A DNA stretch of 64,000 nt from Myxococcota bacterium (lineage in GTDB: Bacteria; Myxococcota_A; UBA796; UBA2385). The translations under genes and the position numbers were made by a program. The stretch spans positions 416,001 through 480,000 of the forward strand of contig JBIJDH010000001.1 of assembly GCA_044344255.1 (NCBI GenBank). The letters run 5' to 3'. The notes under the pieces were generated by a model. The model made no database searches. It saw only the letters and a program-made list of their open reading frames with translations, and was not told the origin of the DNA. Positions 1 to 11,128 of this stretch are shown here, one piece after another. The first letter of the stretch is position 1. Every line of letters starts with the position of its first letter.

Positions 1-833
1 GCGTCGTACATCAGCCCGTGGGCCTCGACCATGGCCCACATCACGCCGATGGCGGCGTCGATGTTGATGACCCCGGGCGGGTTCGTGCGGTCTTCGCTCG
101 GGAGCAGGTAGCCGCTGAGCACCACGGCGAAGGGCTCGTTCAGCGTGGCCCACAGGTCGACCTCGTCTCCGAACTCGAGCGCGCAGAAGCCGGCGTAGAG
201 CGCGATCTGGGTCTTCATCCGCTCGGCGTCCGCCCAGCCCTTGTCTTCACAGGTCGAGAGGTCGGCGTGACAGGCCTTGGCGTCGTGCAGCCAGAGCGGG
301 AGGGTGTAGTGGTTGAGGGTGACCAGCGGCTCCAGGCCGTGGGCCGCGATCGAGGCGAGGTAATCGTGGTAGGCCGCCACGGCTACGGGGTCGGCCGCCT
401 GCACGAGGTCTTCGACCGTGACCGCGCCCAGGGGCTCGGTCGGGAAGAGGCGCGACCACTCCAGGCTGACGCGCACGGAGTCGAGGCCGAGCTCACCCCC
501 AGCGCGGGCGAAGTCTTCGTCGTAGAGCTCCCAGTGGCCGGGGCCGTTCGAGAGGGGCTCGCCGGAGAGGTAGTTCCCCGGCTGGGCGATGAGCTCAGGG
601 TCCGTCACCCACTGATACCAGTCGCTGGCGCGGTCTTCACAGTCCTCGGCGGGGATCGTGGGGCAACCGGGATCGACCTGGAAGCCGGCGACCGCCGCGC
701 CAAACACGAAGTCAGCCGGGAAGTCGGTGGGCTCTCCCTCCTTGCCTCCGGGGGCGCAGCCGAGACCGCAGAGGAGGAGCAGCCACCCGGGCTGGGAGAG
801 GAGCGTGTCGCCCCTCGACGGTCGCAGGATCAT
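1..833 (-). CDS. Glycoside hydrolase family 1 (beta-glucosidase-like) lipoprotein; 3' end runs off the window
   Basis: Not in the ORF track; hand translation from ATG 833 gives MILRPS...LLLLCGLGC (lipobox-like), FPADFVFGAAVAGFQVD (GH1 N-terminal signature), VTLNHYTLP and WATLNEP (acid/base Glu motif). Confidence 0.88.
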   Translation of the reverse strand, partial: MILRPSRGDTLLSQPGWLLLLCGLGCAPGGKEGEPTDFPADFVFGAAVAGFQVDPGCPTIPAEDCEDRASDWYQWVTDPELIAQPGNYLSGEPLSNGPGHWELYDEDFARAGGELGLDSVRVSLEWSRLFPTEPLGAVTVEDLVQAADPVAVAAYHDYLASIAAHGLEPLVTLNHYTLPLWLHDAKACHADLSTCEDKGWADAERMKTQIALYAGFCALEFGDEVDLWATLNEPFAVVLSGYLLPSEDRTNPPGVINIDAAIGVMWAMVEAHGLMYD

Positions 834-862
834 CGAATTCCCCGTTGGGAGGAGACGCCCCC

Positions 863-3800
863 TCACCCGAGCAGGAGCATGCCCCTCTCCACGCGCCGAC
901 GCCAGGGGTGGACCCGCAGCGCCGCACGATCCCCGTCATGAAGGCGCTCGCCGATCTCATCGAGGACCTGCGCGGCCGACTGGTAGCCGGCGCGGGCCCG
1001 CGCGAGCTCCCGACGGCGCACCGCGTGACCGGCGAGGGCGAGGTACCACTCCACCCGGATCAGGCGGGCCGGGCGGGTCTCCAACCACCCGCGCACCGGG
1101 GCGAAGATCTCGGCGGGATCGACCTGTCCGCCGAGCGCGCGGGCCCGACAGGTGATGGCCTCCGCGAGGTGAGGGACGTGCGTGAAGCGCCGGAGCGCCG
1201 TGACGGCCTCCAGGGTGAGCAGGTCGGCCTCAGCGGCCTGGCCCGACTGCCCCGCCGCCTCCCCCCACCAGGCGCGCAGCGTGGCGGAGAGGGCCACGAG
1301 GCCGCTCCGCTCGGCGCCGATGGTGGCGGGCTCCAGCACGGCGACGGCCCCGGCGGGATCATCACAGGCGAGGAGGAGGCGACCGCGCACCAAGGCGAAG
1401 GCCGCCGCGAGGTAGGGGTTGGCTCGACAGAGCTCGATGGAGTCCGCCTCGGCGAGGAGGTCGCGCACCTCGCCGAGCTGGAAGAGCTCGATGCGGGTCT
1501 CGGCGATGTTGACGAGCAACCCCGCGTGCCCGACGGGGCTCCCTCCCTGTCGGGCGAGGTCGAGGTGGGGCTCGGCCTGGGCCAGGGCCTCCGTGAAGCG
1601 GCCCTGGAGGCGCAGCACCTCTGCGAGGTTGAGGGCCGCATGCCAGACCCCGGGGGTGTGATCGATCTCGGCGTAGGCCGCGCGCCCCCGCCCGAGCTCC
1701 TCCTCGGCCAGGACGAGCTCTCCGCGCGCGTGAGCGGCGAGGCCGAGGCCGACCCGCGCCGCCGCCTCCACCGCGGGGGGGAAGCCGTGGTCGACCAGCG
1801 CCGCGTACATCCCCTCGGCGACGTCCGGATCTCCGCGCAAGAGGCCGAGCTTCCCGCGGGCGAGCTGCACGGTGGCGCTGAGCAGCAGGTCGGCCTTCAC
1901 CTCCGGTCGCTCCGCGACCTCGAGCAGCAGGTCGAGCGCGGCCTCTTGCTGTCCCTGGCGGGTGAAGACGGCGGCCCGCTCGAGATCGACCTCCGCGCGC
2001 ACACGCCCCCGCGCGAGGCTGTGGGCCCGGCTGAGCAGGCGGTGGGCCCGCACGTCCGCGGCCTCCGTGAGCCCGAGCGCCCGGGCGAGCAACAGCAGGA
2101 GGCGGGCGCGGGGCTCGTCCTCCTCGGATCCGGCCTCGCCCCCACGCGCGGCGTCCGGGCTCCCCTCCACCCGCTGCACCACCCGCTCGAGGAGGGGCAC
2201 CACCTGCGCGAGCTCTCCCTGGGCCATCCGTGCAGCCGCCCAGGCGGTGGCCTCCTCCACCGAGCGGGCGAGGTGGCCGGCGGCGAGCAGCACGCGCACG
2301 CGCTCCGGGCTGGGCTCCCCGGCGGGCAGGGCGTCGGCGAGGGCGCGCTGGAGCTGCATCCGGCGGCCGGCCCCGAGGCGCTCCCGGATGATCTGAACGC
2401 TCATGCCGAGGCGGAAGACGACCTCCTCCCCGCCCGGCCCCGTCCGGCAGGTGATGAGGCGCTGCCGAAGCAGGTCCTGGACCACCTCTCTGCCGCGCGG
2501 GAGGTCGAGGCCGGTGGCGCGGAGGAGGGTGCGGGTGTCGGCCTCTCCGCCCACCACCGCGAGGGCCTCGACGAAAGAGAGGGTGTCATCGGGGAGGTCC
2601 TCGACCAGGTTGCCGAGGAGCTCGGTGAGCGAGCTCGGGATGGCGATCTGGCCGGCCGAGCGGTCGACCCAGGAGACCCGCTCATCGGCGCTCCGCCGCG
2701 CCTCGACGAGGCCCTGCCGCACCATCGCGTGCACCACCTCGACGACGTAGCCGGGCATCCCGCCGGTGGCCTCGTGGATGCGTCGGGCCAAGGCCGGGGG
2801 TGGGTTGGTTCGGCCGAGGAGCGCGCCGACCAGCCGCCCGATGTCGCTCGGATCGAGGGGCCCGAGGGGGAGCCGCGACGCGTCGGGGAAGGCGAGCCGG
2901 AGGGCAGAGCCGGCGGTGTCGGCGTCATCGGCGGCCCCCGCGAGGATGACGACCGGAAGGTCGAGCTCGATGGCCTTGGCGCGTACGAGGCGCAGCGTCT
3001 GCAGCGCCAGGGGCGGCGCCTGGTCGAGCTCGCGGAGGAGGATGACCACGGGGCGGCCGTCCTGCTCCACCCGGCGCTGGAGCACGGCCAGGACCGCGCT
3101 CATCACCCGCGCGAGGGCCAGCGGATCGAGCTCGCCCTCTCCGGGGACCTGGCTGAGCGCGGCCAGATCGGCCTCCTCTCCGAGCGGGAGCCCGCGGGCC
3201 GCCGTGCGCACCGCCTCCGCGAGGCCCCCGAGGCCGGGCCCGCCGGGGAAGCGCGCCTCCAGGGCCCGCCAGCCGAGCTGGGCCGCGTCATGGGCCGCCT
3301 GCGTCAGCAGCCGCCCCCGGCCGGAGCCCGGTGGACCGGTGACGAGCACCATCCGCCCCGGCTTGGCGCGCCCGAAGATGGCGCGGAGGGCCTTGACCTC
3401 AGCGTCCCGACCGATGACGTCGGCGGCCGAGAGGGTCGCGGGGTCATCGAGGGCGGTCTCGCCATCATCACCCAGGCCCTCCAGTGACTCCGCCACCTCC
3501 GAGGCCCGCCCAGGGCGGTCGCCGGGGTCCTTGGCGAGCATGTGCATCACGAGGTCGCTCACCGAGGGCGCCACGCCGGCCACGAAGTCGCCAGGGGGCC
3601 GCGGCACATGCTCGGCGTGGAGCCGCGCCATCTCACCCGGATCGTCGGTCTCGAAGGGTCGCTTGCCCGAGAGCAGCCGGTAGAACAGCACCCCGAGCGA
3701 GTAGATGTCGGACCGGGGGCCCACCACGTCACCGGCGAGCTGCTCGGGGCTCGCATACGCGAAGGTGCCGACGAACTCGCCGTGGCGCGTGATCTCGTCG

Positions 3801-4303
3801 TCTTGCTCCAGCGCCCGGACGGTGCCGAAGTCGAGCAGCTTGATGCGCCCGTCCTTCAAGACCATCACGTTCGAGGACTTGAGGTCTCGATGGACGATGC
3901 CGCGCTCGTGCAGGTGGTCGAGGGCCTCCGCCACCGCCTTGATCACGCGGATCACCTGGCTCGTCCGCCGCGGGGTGCCCGGGCGACCGCAACCCTTGGC
4001 GTGCACCTGCGCCGGCACACCATCCAAGAGCTCCATCGTCAGATACGGGCGTCTATCCTCTGTGATCCCGTATCGGTAGACGCGGACGATGTGGGGGTGG
4101 TCGAGCCGGGTGAGCGCCCGGTACTCCCGATTGAAGCGCGGCCCGGCGGCCCCCCGCTGGGTGAGCAGCTTGAGCGCCAGCTTCTGGCCGGTGCCTGGGT
4201 CTTCCACCTCATAGACCGAGGCCATGCCCCCACGCGCGATCGCCCGAACGACCCGGTACGGGCCGATGGTCTTCGGGAGGGGGGCCGAGGCGGGGTCCGA
4301 CAC
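863..4303 (-). CDS. Ser/Thr protein kinase fused to an AAA/STAND-like ATPase and a TPR-like helical C-terminus
   Basis: IARGGMASVY, ALKLL, HRDLKSSN, DFG, YASPEQ; then GRDAE...GPPGSGRGRL (Walker A-like) and TGGMPGYVVE; helical repeats at the C-terminus. Confidence 0.9.
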   Translation of the reverse strand: MSDPASAPLPKTIGPYRVVRAIARGGMASVYEVEDPGTGQKLALKLLTQRGAAGPRFNREYRALTRLDHPHIVRVYRYGITEDRRPYLTMELLDGVPAQVHAKGCGRPGTPRRTSQVIRVIKAVAEALDHLHERGIVHRDLKSSNVMVLKDGRIKLLDFGTVRALEQDDEITRHGEFVGTFAYASPEQLAGDVVGPRSDIYSLGVLFYRLLSGKRPFETDDPGEMARLHAEHVPRPPGDFVAGVAPSVSDLVMHMLAKDPGDRPGRASEVAESLEGLGDDGETALDDPATLSAADVIGRDAEVKALRAIFGRAKPGRMVLVTGPPGSGRGRLLTQAAHDAAQLGWRALEARFPGGPGLGGLAEAVRTAARGLPLGEEADLAALSQVPGEGELDPLALARVMSAVLAVLQRRVEQDGRPVVILLRELDQAPPLALQTLRLVRAKAIELDLPVVILAGAADDADTAGSALRLAFPDASRLPLGPLDPSDIGRLVGALLGRTNPPPALARRIHEATGGMPGYVVEVVHAMVRQGLVEARRSADERVSWVDRSAGQIAIPSSLTELLGNLVEDLPDDTLSFVEALAVVGGEADTRTLLRATGLDLPRGREVVQDLLRQRLITCRTGPGGEEVVFRLGMSVQIIRERLGAGRRMQLQRALADALPAGEPSPERVRVLLAAGHLARSVEEATAWAAARMAQGELAQVVPLLERVVQRVEGSPDAARGGEAGSEEDEPRARLLLLLARALGLTEAADVRAHRLLSRAHSLARGRVRAEVDLERAAVFTRQGQQEAALDLLLEVAERPEVKADLLLSATVQLARGKLGLLRGDPDVAEGMYAALVDHGFPPAVEAAARVGLGLAAHARGELVLAEEELGRGRAAYAEIDHTPGVWHAALNLAEVLRLQGRFTEALAQAEPHLDLARQGGSPVGHAGLLVNIAETRIELFQLGEVRDLLAEADSIELCRANPYLAAAFALVRGRLLLACDDPAGAVAVLEPATIGAERSGLVALSATLRAWWGEAAGQSGQAAEADLLTLEAVTALRRFTHVPHLAEAITCRARALGGQVDPAEIFAPVRGWLETRPARLIRVEWYLALAGHAVRRRELARARAGYQSAAQVLDEIGERLHDGDRAALRVHPWRRRVERGMLLLG

Positions 4304-4341
4304 CCCTCGAAGATAGCAGAGCGGAGGCCCTCGAGCCGCTC

Positions 4342-5841
4342 TCAGCGATCCCAGCCCGCGCGGCCGAGCTCCGCCCCGGAGGGGTGGAGGGCCTTCATCC
4401 AGTCATAGGCGCCCCCCATCCGGAGGGGGGTGTCCCCCCAGCTCTCCCGCCAGACCTCCGCCTCCGCGCGAGAGGGGAAGCGGCATATCTGCAACCAGGT
4501 CGCACCCGTCACCGCGGTGCAGGCCGAGCCCGGCGCCAGGCGGGGCGCGTCGTGGACGAGCAGCAGGACCGCAGCGGAGGGGTCGAGCCCGAAGCGGGCC
4601 GGGTCTGCGCCGTGGAGGACGGCCGACAGGACCACCGCCGCAGGATCGACCCCCTCGGGGCGGTCGAACCACACGCCGTCCACCCGGATCGCCCCTGGCT
4701 CACCGACGAGCTCCCGCTGCAGCTCGTCTCCGAGCCGATCCGCCAGCTCCACGCTCCCGCGGGCGGGCGGCACCACAGCGATCGGGAGCCACTGGCCGGC
4801 CAGCCAGGGCAGCAGCAGCAGCGAGGCCCACCCGAGGCGGGAGAGGCCGGCGGCGGCGGCGATCGCGATGGGCACGGCCAAGACGCGGAGGTGGTAGCTG
4901 CGGAGCGAGGAGACCGAGAGCCCCACCAGGAGGAGCGCGACCACCGCGGCCAGGGCGTAGGCCAGCGCGGCGCGTCGGCCGGCGGCCTCGGGGCGTCGGA
5001 GCCCGGGCAGGCAGAGCAGCAGCGCCGGCGGGAGCGCCCACCAGGCGCTCCGCCACTCGACCGCGAAACGATCGTGGAAGGCGCGGGTGACGAAGGCGAG
5101 CGGGGACACGTCGGCCTCGCTGCTCTGGAGCGCCACCGCCGAGAGGCAGGCCGCCGCTCCTTGTCCGCAGTCGGCCATCCGGGCGAGGATCAGCAGCCGG
5201 GGCGTGACCAGCACGAGGGCGAGGAGGGCCGCGGCGCCGACGGTCCAGCCACCGAGGCGCCGGACCAGGGCGGGGAGGAGCACGAGCGCGCCGAGCCCCC
5301 CGGCGGTGCCCATCGGGTGCTGGCCCGAAGCGAGCACGAAGGCGAGGGTGGCGAGCAGGAGGCCTCCCCGGCTCCCCCGGAGGGCGAGCAGCAGGCCGAC
5401 GGTGCCCAGCCCGACGAGCTCGGGCGCGCCGTACCCGCGGAAGGCGATGACGAGGGTGTCGACGAGCCCCGGATCGGCGGCGACCAAGCCGCCCGCCAGC
5501 GCCGCGAGCAGCGGGGCCCGTGGGCGATCCGGATCGAGGAGGGCCGCCCCGAGGCCCGCCGCCGGCGCGGCGAGGGCCCCCCACCCGAAGCGGAGGACGA
5601 AGACCTCGTGAAGCGATCCGGCGAGGCGCACCATCGGCCACGCCACCACCCACAGCGAGTAGCCCCCCTCCGGGTTGGGCGGCGGGGGGAGGTGCCCCCA
5701 GCCCGCCGCGTAGGCGGCCAGCAGCTGCCCGAGCGCGTCGCTGCCGATCGAGGCGGCCCCCACGCTCTGCAGGCGCAGGGCCACCGCGAGGAGGTAGACC
5801 GACAGCAGCACGAGGGCGAGGGCGAGGCGGCGGGGCGGCAC
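4342..5841 (-). CDS. Polytopic membrane protein, possibly a GT-C (ArnT/PMT-like) glycosyltransferase
   Basis: Many hydrophobic segments; first loop with SD and HLPPPPNP; soluble C-terminal domain. Confidence 0.55.
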   Translation of the reverse strand: MPPRRLALALVLLSVYLLAVALRLQSVGAASIGSDALGQLLAAYAAGWGHLPPPPNPEGGYSLWVVAWPMVRLAGSLHEVFVLRFGWGALAAPAAGLGAALLDPDRPRAPLLAALAGGLVAADPGLVDTLVIAFRGYGAPELVGLGTVGLLLALRGSRGGLLLATLAFVLASGQHPMGTAGGLGALVLLPALVRRLGGWTVGAAALLALVLVTPRLLILARMADCGQGAAACLSAVALQSSEADVSPLAFVTRAFHDRFAVEWRSAWWALPPALLLCLPGLRRPEAAGRRAALAYALAAVVALLLVGLSVSSLRSYHLRVLAVPIAIAAAAGLSRLGWASLLLLPWLAGQWLPIAVVPPARGSVELADRLGDELQRELVGEPGAIRVDGVWFDRPEGVDPAAVVLSAVLHGADPARFGLDPSAAVLLLVHDAPRLAPGSACTAVTGATWLQICRFPSRAEAEVWRESWGDTPLRMGGAYDWMKALHPSGAELGRAGWDR

Positions 5842-5878
5842 CTCACCATCATCGCAGAGGCGGAGGCCGGGGGTCGGA

Positions 5879-7714
<1,836 letters not shown>

Positions 7715-7749
7715 GGGTTCGCAGAGCCTTCAAGGGAGAAGCAGGAGGA

Positions 7750-8334
7750 TCAAGAGTGGGACGCGCCGGCCGTCGTGAGCAGCGCCGTTTCGAGGTACTT
7801 GAGGCGGGCCAGGATCTCGCCGGCCGGCTGGAGGCTCGCCGCGGCGGGCGCGACGTCGGCCTCCCAGCGAGAGAAGACGGCGTCGAGCTCGGCGAGGGCG
7901 GCCTTGTGCAGCGCCGCCACGCGGGCCCGCACCCCCTCGGGGTCGGAGGCGGCCTCGAACTGGAGCTCGAACATGAGCTCGAGGAAGTCCGCGTCGGGGC
8001 TGGGCCCGCCTTTGCCCTCTGGCTCCGCCTTGCCAGAGACGAGGAAGCGAGCCCGGCGCAGGGGGTCGCGGAGCACCCGCCGGGCCTCGTTCACCGCCGC
8101 CGTCCACTGGAGGCTCATGCGGCGCTCGACGGCGGGGTGCTTGGTGAAACGGTCGGGGTGGACGAGGCGCGAGCGTCGTCGCCAGGCTTCCTCGACCGCG
8201 GCGACGTCGAGATGGTAACGACGCGCCAAGCCGAGGACACCGTAATGGTCGGCCTCACCCGCGAGGGGTTGAACGGCGCCACAGCCGACACAGACCGGGC
8301 CGTCAACGGCCTCGTGGCACTTCCAGCAGCTCAT
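7750..8334 (-). CDS. hscB: Fe-S co-chaperone HscB (J-domain) with N-terminal tetracysteine motif
   Basis: CWKC...CVGC; HPDRF J-domain motif; NEARRVLRDPLRRARFL. Confidence 0.9.
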   Translation of the reverse strand: MSCWKCHEAVDGPVCVGCGAVQPLAGEADHYGVLGLARRYHLDVAAVEEAWRRRSRLVHPDRFTKHPAVERRMSLQWTAAVNEARRVLRDPLRRARFLVSGKAEPEGKGGPSPDADFLELMFELQFEAASDPEGVRARVAALHKAALAELDAVFSRWEADVAPAAASLQPAGEILARLKYLETALLTTAGASHS

Positions 8335-8361
8335 CGGGGCCCTCTCGCGGCCGGGTGCGGC

Positions 8362-8385
8362 CTAGAGCGAGAACTAGAGCGAGAA
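8362..8385. repeat. 12-bp perfect tandem duplication of the iscA 3' end including the stop codon
   Basis: CTAGAGCGAGAA x2; iscA TAG stop at 8374-8376. Confidence 0.8.
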
Positions 8386-8703
8386 GGAGTCGCCGCAGGA
8401 GCAGGACTTGTTCGACAGCGGGTTCTTGAAGACAAAGCCGGTCTTCACCATGGTCTTCTCGAAGTCGAGCTCCGAGCCGTTGATGAAGAGGTAGGACTTC
8501 CGATCGACGGCGATGCGGATGCCGTCGCCGAACTCGAAGACCTTGTCCTTGGCGTCCACCTGATCGACGAGGTCCATGTAGTAGGTGAGGCCGGTGCAGC
8601 CCCCGCCACGGACGCCCACGCGGAGGAGCGCCTCAGGCGTCTGGCGCTTCTTCTTGATGGACTGGACCCGCTCTGCGGCGGCGGAGCTGATGGTGATGGC
8701 CAT
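8374..8703 (-). CDS. iscA: A-type Fe-S carrier IscA
   Basis: LRVGVRGGGCTG and CSCGDSF motifs. Confidence 0.95.
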   Translation of the reverse strand: MAITISSAAAERVQSIKKKRQTPEALLRVGVRGGGCTGLTYYMDLVDQVDAKDKVFEFGDGIRIAVDRKSYLFINGSELDFEKTMVKTGFVFKNPLSNKSCSCGDSFSL

Positions 8704-8777
8704 GGCCTCTCCCGTTCGACTTCGACACGACTCGATTCTGACACAGCACAGGGGCGCCGGCTCAGCCCGGCCAGCGA

Positions 8778-9179
8778 TCAGGCCTGGGCGACGGCCGGCA
8801 GGCCCTTCTTCTTGCGGTAGTCGGCGATCGCGGCCTTCACCGCGTCTTCGGCGAGCACCGAGCAGTGGATCTTGACCGGCGGCAGCGCGAGCTCAGCGGC
8901 GATGTCGCTGTTCTTGATGAGCTCGGCCTCCTCGATGCTCTTGCCCTTGACGAGCGTGGTCACGAGCGAAGACGAGGCGATGGCGGAGCCGCAGCCGAAG
9001 GTCTTGAACTTGGCGTCTTCGATGATGCCGTCGTCGTTGATCTTGAGCTGGAGCTTCATCACGTCACCGCAGGCGGGGGCGCCCACGAGGCCGGTGCCGA
9101 CCTCGGGGTCATTCTTGTCCATGCTGCCGACGTTCTGGGGGTTCTCGTAGTGGTCAACGACCTTCTGGCTGTACGCCAT
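8778..9179 (-). CDS. iscU: Fe-S scaffold IscU
   Basis: MAYSQKVVDHYENP, APACGDVM, FGCGSAIASSS, LPPVKIHCS (HscA-binding LPPVK). Confidence 0.97.
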   Translation of the reverse strand: MAYSQKVVDHYENPQNVGSMDKNDPEVGTGLVGAPACGDVMKLQLKINDDGIIEDAKFKTFGCGSAIASSSLVTTLVKGKSIEEAELIKNSDIAAELALPPVKIHCSVLAEDAVKAAIADYRKKKGLPAVAQA

Positions 9180-9250
9180 GATCTACCTCGGGTGCTTTGG
9201 AGACGTGGAATCAGGAAACGTAGGGGATCAGCAGCACGGTGTTCAGCAGC

Positions 9251-10468
9251 TCAGTGGGCGGCCCACTCGATGCTCTTGAGGTCGATGCCCTCCTTCACCA
9301 TCTCGTAGAGGGGGCTCATCTCGCGCAGCCAGCGGACCTTGCGGACCACGAGCTCGAGGGCGAAGTCGATCTCCTCCTCAGTGGTGAAGCGCCCGAGGCC
9401 GAAGCGGATCGAGGTGTGGGCGAGCTCGACGTCGACGCCCATCGCGCGGAGCACGTAGCTGGGCTCGAGGCTGGCCGAGGTGCAGGCCGAGCCGCTCGAG
9501 CAGGCGATCTCCTTGATGCCCATCATCATCGCCTCGCCCTCGACATAGGCGAAGCTCACGTTGAGGTTGTTGGGGACCCGGTGCTCCCAGGAGCCGTTCA
9601 GGTAGAGCTCGTCGAGCTCGGCCTGCAGGCCGGCCCAGAGGCGGTCCCGCAGGGCGCGGACCTTCTCGATCGCCCCCGTCTCGAGGTCGAGGCGGGCGAG
9701 CTCCGCCGCCTTGCCGAGGCCCACGATCTGGTGGGTCGCGAGGGTGCCGGAGCGGAGGCCGCGCTCGTGCCCGCCGCCGTCGATCTGGGCGACGAGGCGG
9801 ATGCGGGGGCGACCGCGCCGGACGTAGAGGGCGCCGATCCCCTTGGGGCCGTACATCTTGTGGGCAGAGAGGCTGAGGAGGTCGATGTTGTCGCGGTTGA
9901 CGTCGACCGGGACCTTACCCACCGCCTGCACGCCGTCGCAGTGGAAGATGACCCCCTTCTCCCGACAGAGGGCGCCGATCTGCCGGATGGGCTGCACCAC
10001 GCCCGTCTCGTTGTTGGCGTACATGACGCTCACGAGCACAGTGTCGGGGCGGATGGCGGCGGCGAGCTCGGAGAGCTGGATGAGGCCTTCGGCGTCAACA
10101 CCGAGGTAGGTGACCGTCCATCCGTCACGCTCGAGGGCGTGGCAGGAGTCGAGCACCGCCTTGTGCTCGGTGGCCACGGTGATGAGGTGGCGCCCCTTGT
10201 CGACGTACTGCTCGGCCACGCCCTTGATCGCGAGGTTGTTCGACTCGGTGGCCCCGCTCGTGAAGACGATCTCCTTGGCGGTGGCGCCGATCAGGGCCGC
10301 CACCTGCTCGCGGGCGACCTCGGTGGCCTCCTTGGCCTCCCAGCCGAAGCTGTGGTTCCGGCTCGCCGGGTTGCCGAACTTCTCGGTGAGGTAGGGGATC
10401 ATGTCGGCCACCACCGCCGGATCGCAGGGGGTGGTGGCGTGGTTGTCGAGGTAGACGGGGAGCTTCAT
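9251..10468 (-). CDS. iscS: Cysteine desulfurase IscS
   Basis: [26 protein letters not shown] (PLP Lys), SSGSACTS (catalytic Cys), C-terminal [10 protein letters not shown]...IEWAAH. Confidence 0.97.
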   Translation of the reverse strand: MKLPVYLDNHATTPCDPAVVADMIPYLTEKFGNPASRNHSFGWEAKEATEVAREQVAALIGATAKEIVFTSGATESNNLAIKGVAEQYVDKGRHLITVATEHKAVLDSCHALERDGWTVTYLGVDAEGLIQLSELAAAIRPDTVLVSVMYANNETGVVQPIRQIGALCREKGVIFHCDGVQAVGKVPVDVNRDNIDLLSLSAHKMYGPKGIGALYVRRGRPRIRLVAQIDGGGHERGLRSGTLATHQIVGLGKAAELARLDLETGAIEKVRALRDRLWAGLQAELDELYLNGSWEHRVPNNLNVSFAYVEGEAMMMGIKEIACSSGSACTSASLEPSYVLRAMGVDVELAHTSIRFGLGRFTTEEEIDFALELVVRKVRWLREMSPLYEMVKEGIDLKSIEWAAH

Positions 10469-10501
10469 CGGCGATTCCTTTGGCCCGGCGAGGGGCGGGC
10501 T

Positions 10502-11056
10502 TCAAGCAGGGGGGCCAACCGGGGCCAGGCCCGTGGCGGCGGCCGGCGCATCGTGCACCCCGGCGACGAGCGGCGGCGGCACCTCGCCCTTCCGCTCGGT
10601 GTCGGCGCAGGAGGGGCAGGCGCTGCGGGGCGTCTGGGGGGCGCAGCTCTGACAGGTGTGGAGGTAGGCGAGGCTGTTTCGGAGCTCGGACTCGAGCGAC
10701 TGGAGCCGCTGGATGGTCGAGCGGGTCTCGATCAGCTTCTTCGCGTAGAAGGCGCGGAGCTGATCCATCGCCACCGGGCCCGAGGCCTCCGCGCGGAGCG
10801 TGGAGAGGAAGTCGCGGATCTCGGCGAGGGAGAAGCCGAGCTCCTGGAGGCGATCGATCCAGTGGATGCGCACGAGCGCGTTCTCTTCGTACTCTCGGAA
10901 GCCGCCGCGGGTGCGCTGGACGGGCTCGAGCAGGCCGAGCTCCTCGTAGAAACGGATGGCTCGGACCGTCTTGCCGCTGCGCTCCGCGAGCTCACCGACG
11001 CGGATGAGGGCGCAGGTGGGGGCGATCTCGACAGGGCTCTGGGGCGTCGCGGACAT
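10502..11056 (-). CDS. MerR-family transcriptional regulator with C-terminal Cys cluster, heading the isc operon
   Basis: IRVGELAERSGKTVRAIRFYEELGLL-P-R-GGFREY, LQELGFSLAEI, coiled coil, then CQSCAPQTPRSACPSC; start at ATG 11056 preferred over 11119. Confidence 0.9.
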   Translation of the reverse strand: MSATPQSPVEIAPTCALIRVGELAERSGKTVRAIRFYEELGLLEPVQRTRGGFREYEENALVRIHWIDRLQELGFSLAEIRDFLSTLRAEASGPVAMDQLRAFYAKKLIETRSTIQRLQSLESELRNSLAYLHTCQSCAPQTPRSACPSCADTERKGEVPPPLVAGVHDAPAAATGLAPVGPPA

Positions 11057-11076
11057 GGACCCACGATAACCCAACC

Positions 11077-11092
11077 CTGACGTATGCGTAAG
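11077..11092. promoter_or_regulatory. Imperfect palindrome upstream of the MerR-isc operon; candidate MerR operator
   Basis: CTGACGTATGCGTAAG versus reverse complement CTTACGCATACGTCAG (6 of 8 pairs), 20 bp upstream of the ATG. Confidence 0.55.
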
Positions 11093-11128
11093 CTTCATGG
11101 GCGCAAAAACCTTCCGCATGCGGCAGGT

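Noticed and set aside
845..3487. 880-aa plus-strand ORF
   Set aside because: Antisense shadow of the kinase gene; long stop-free antisense frames are expected at this GC content
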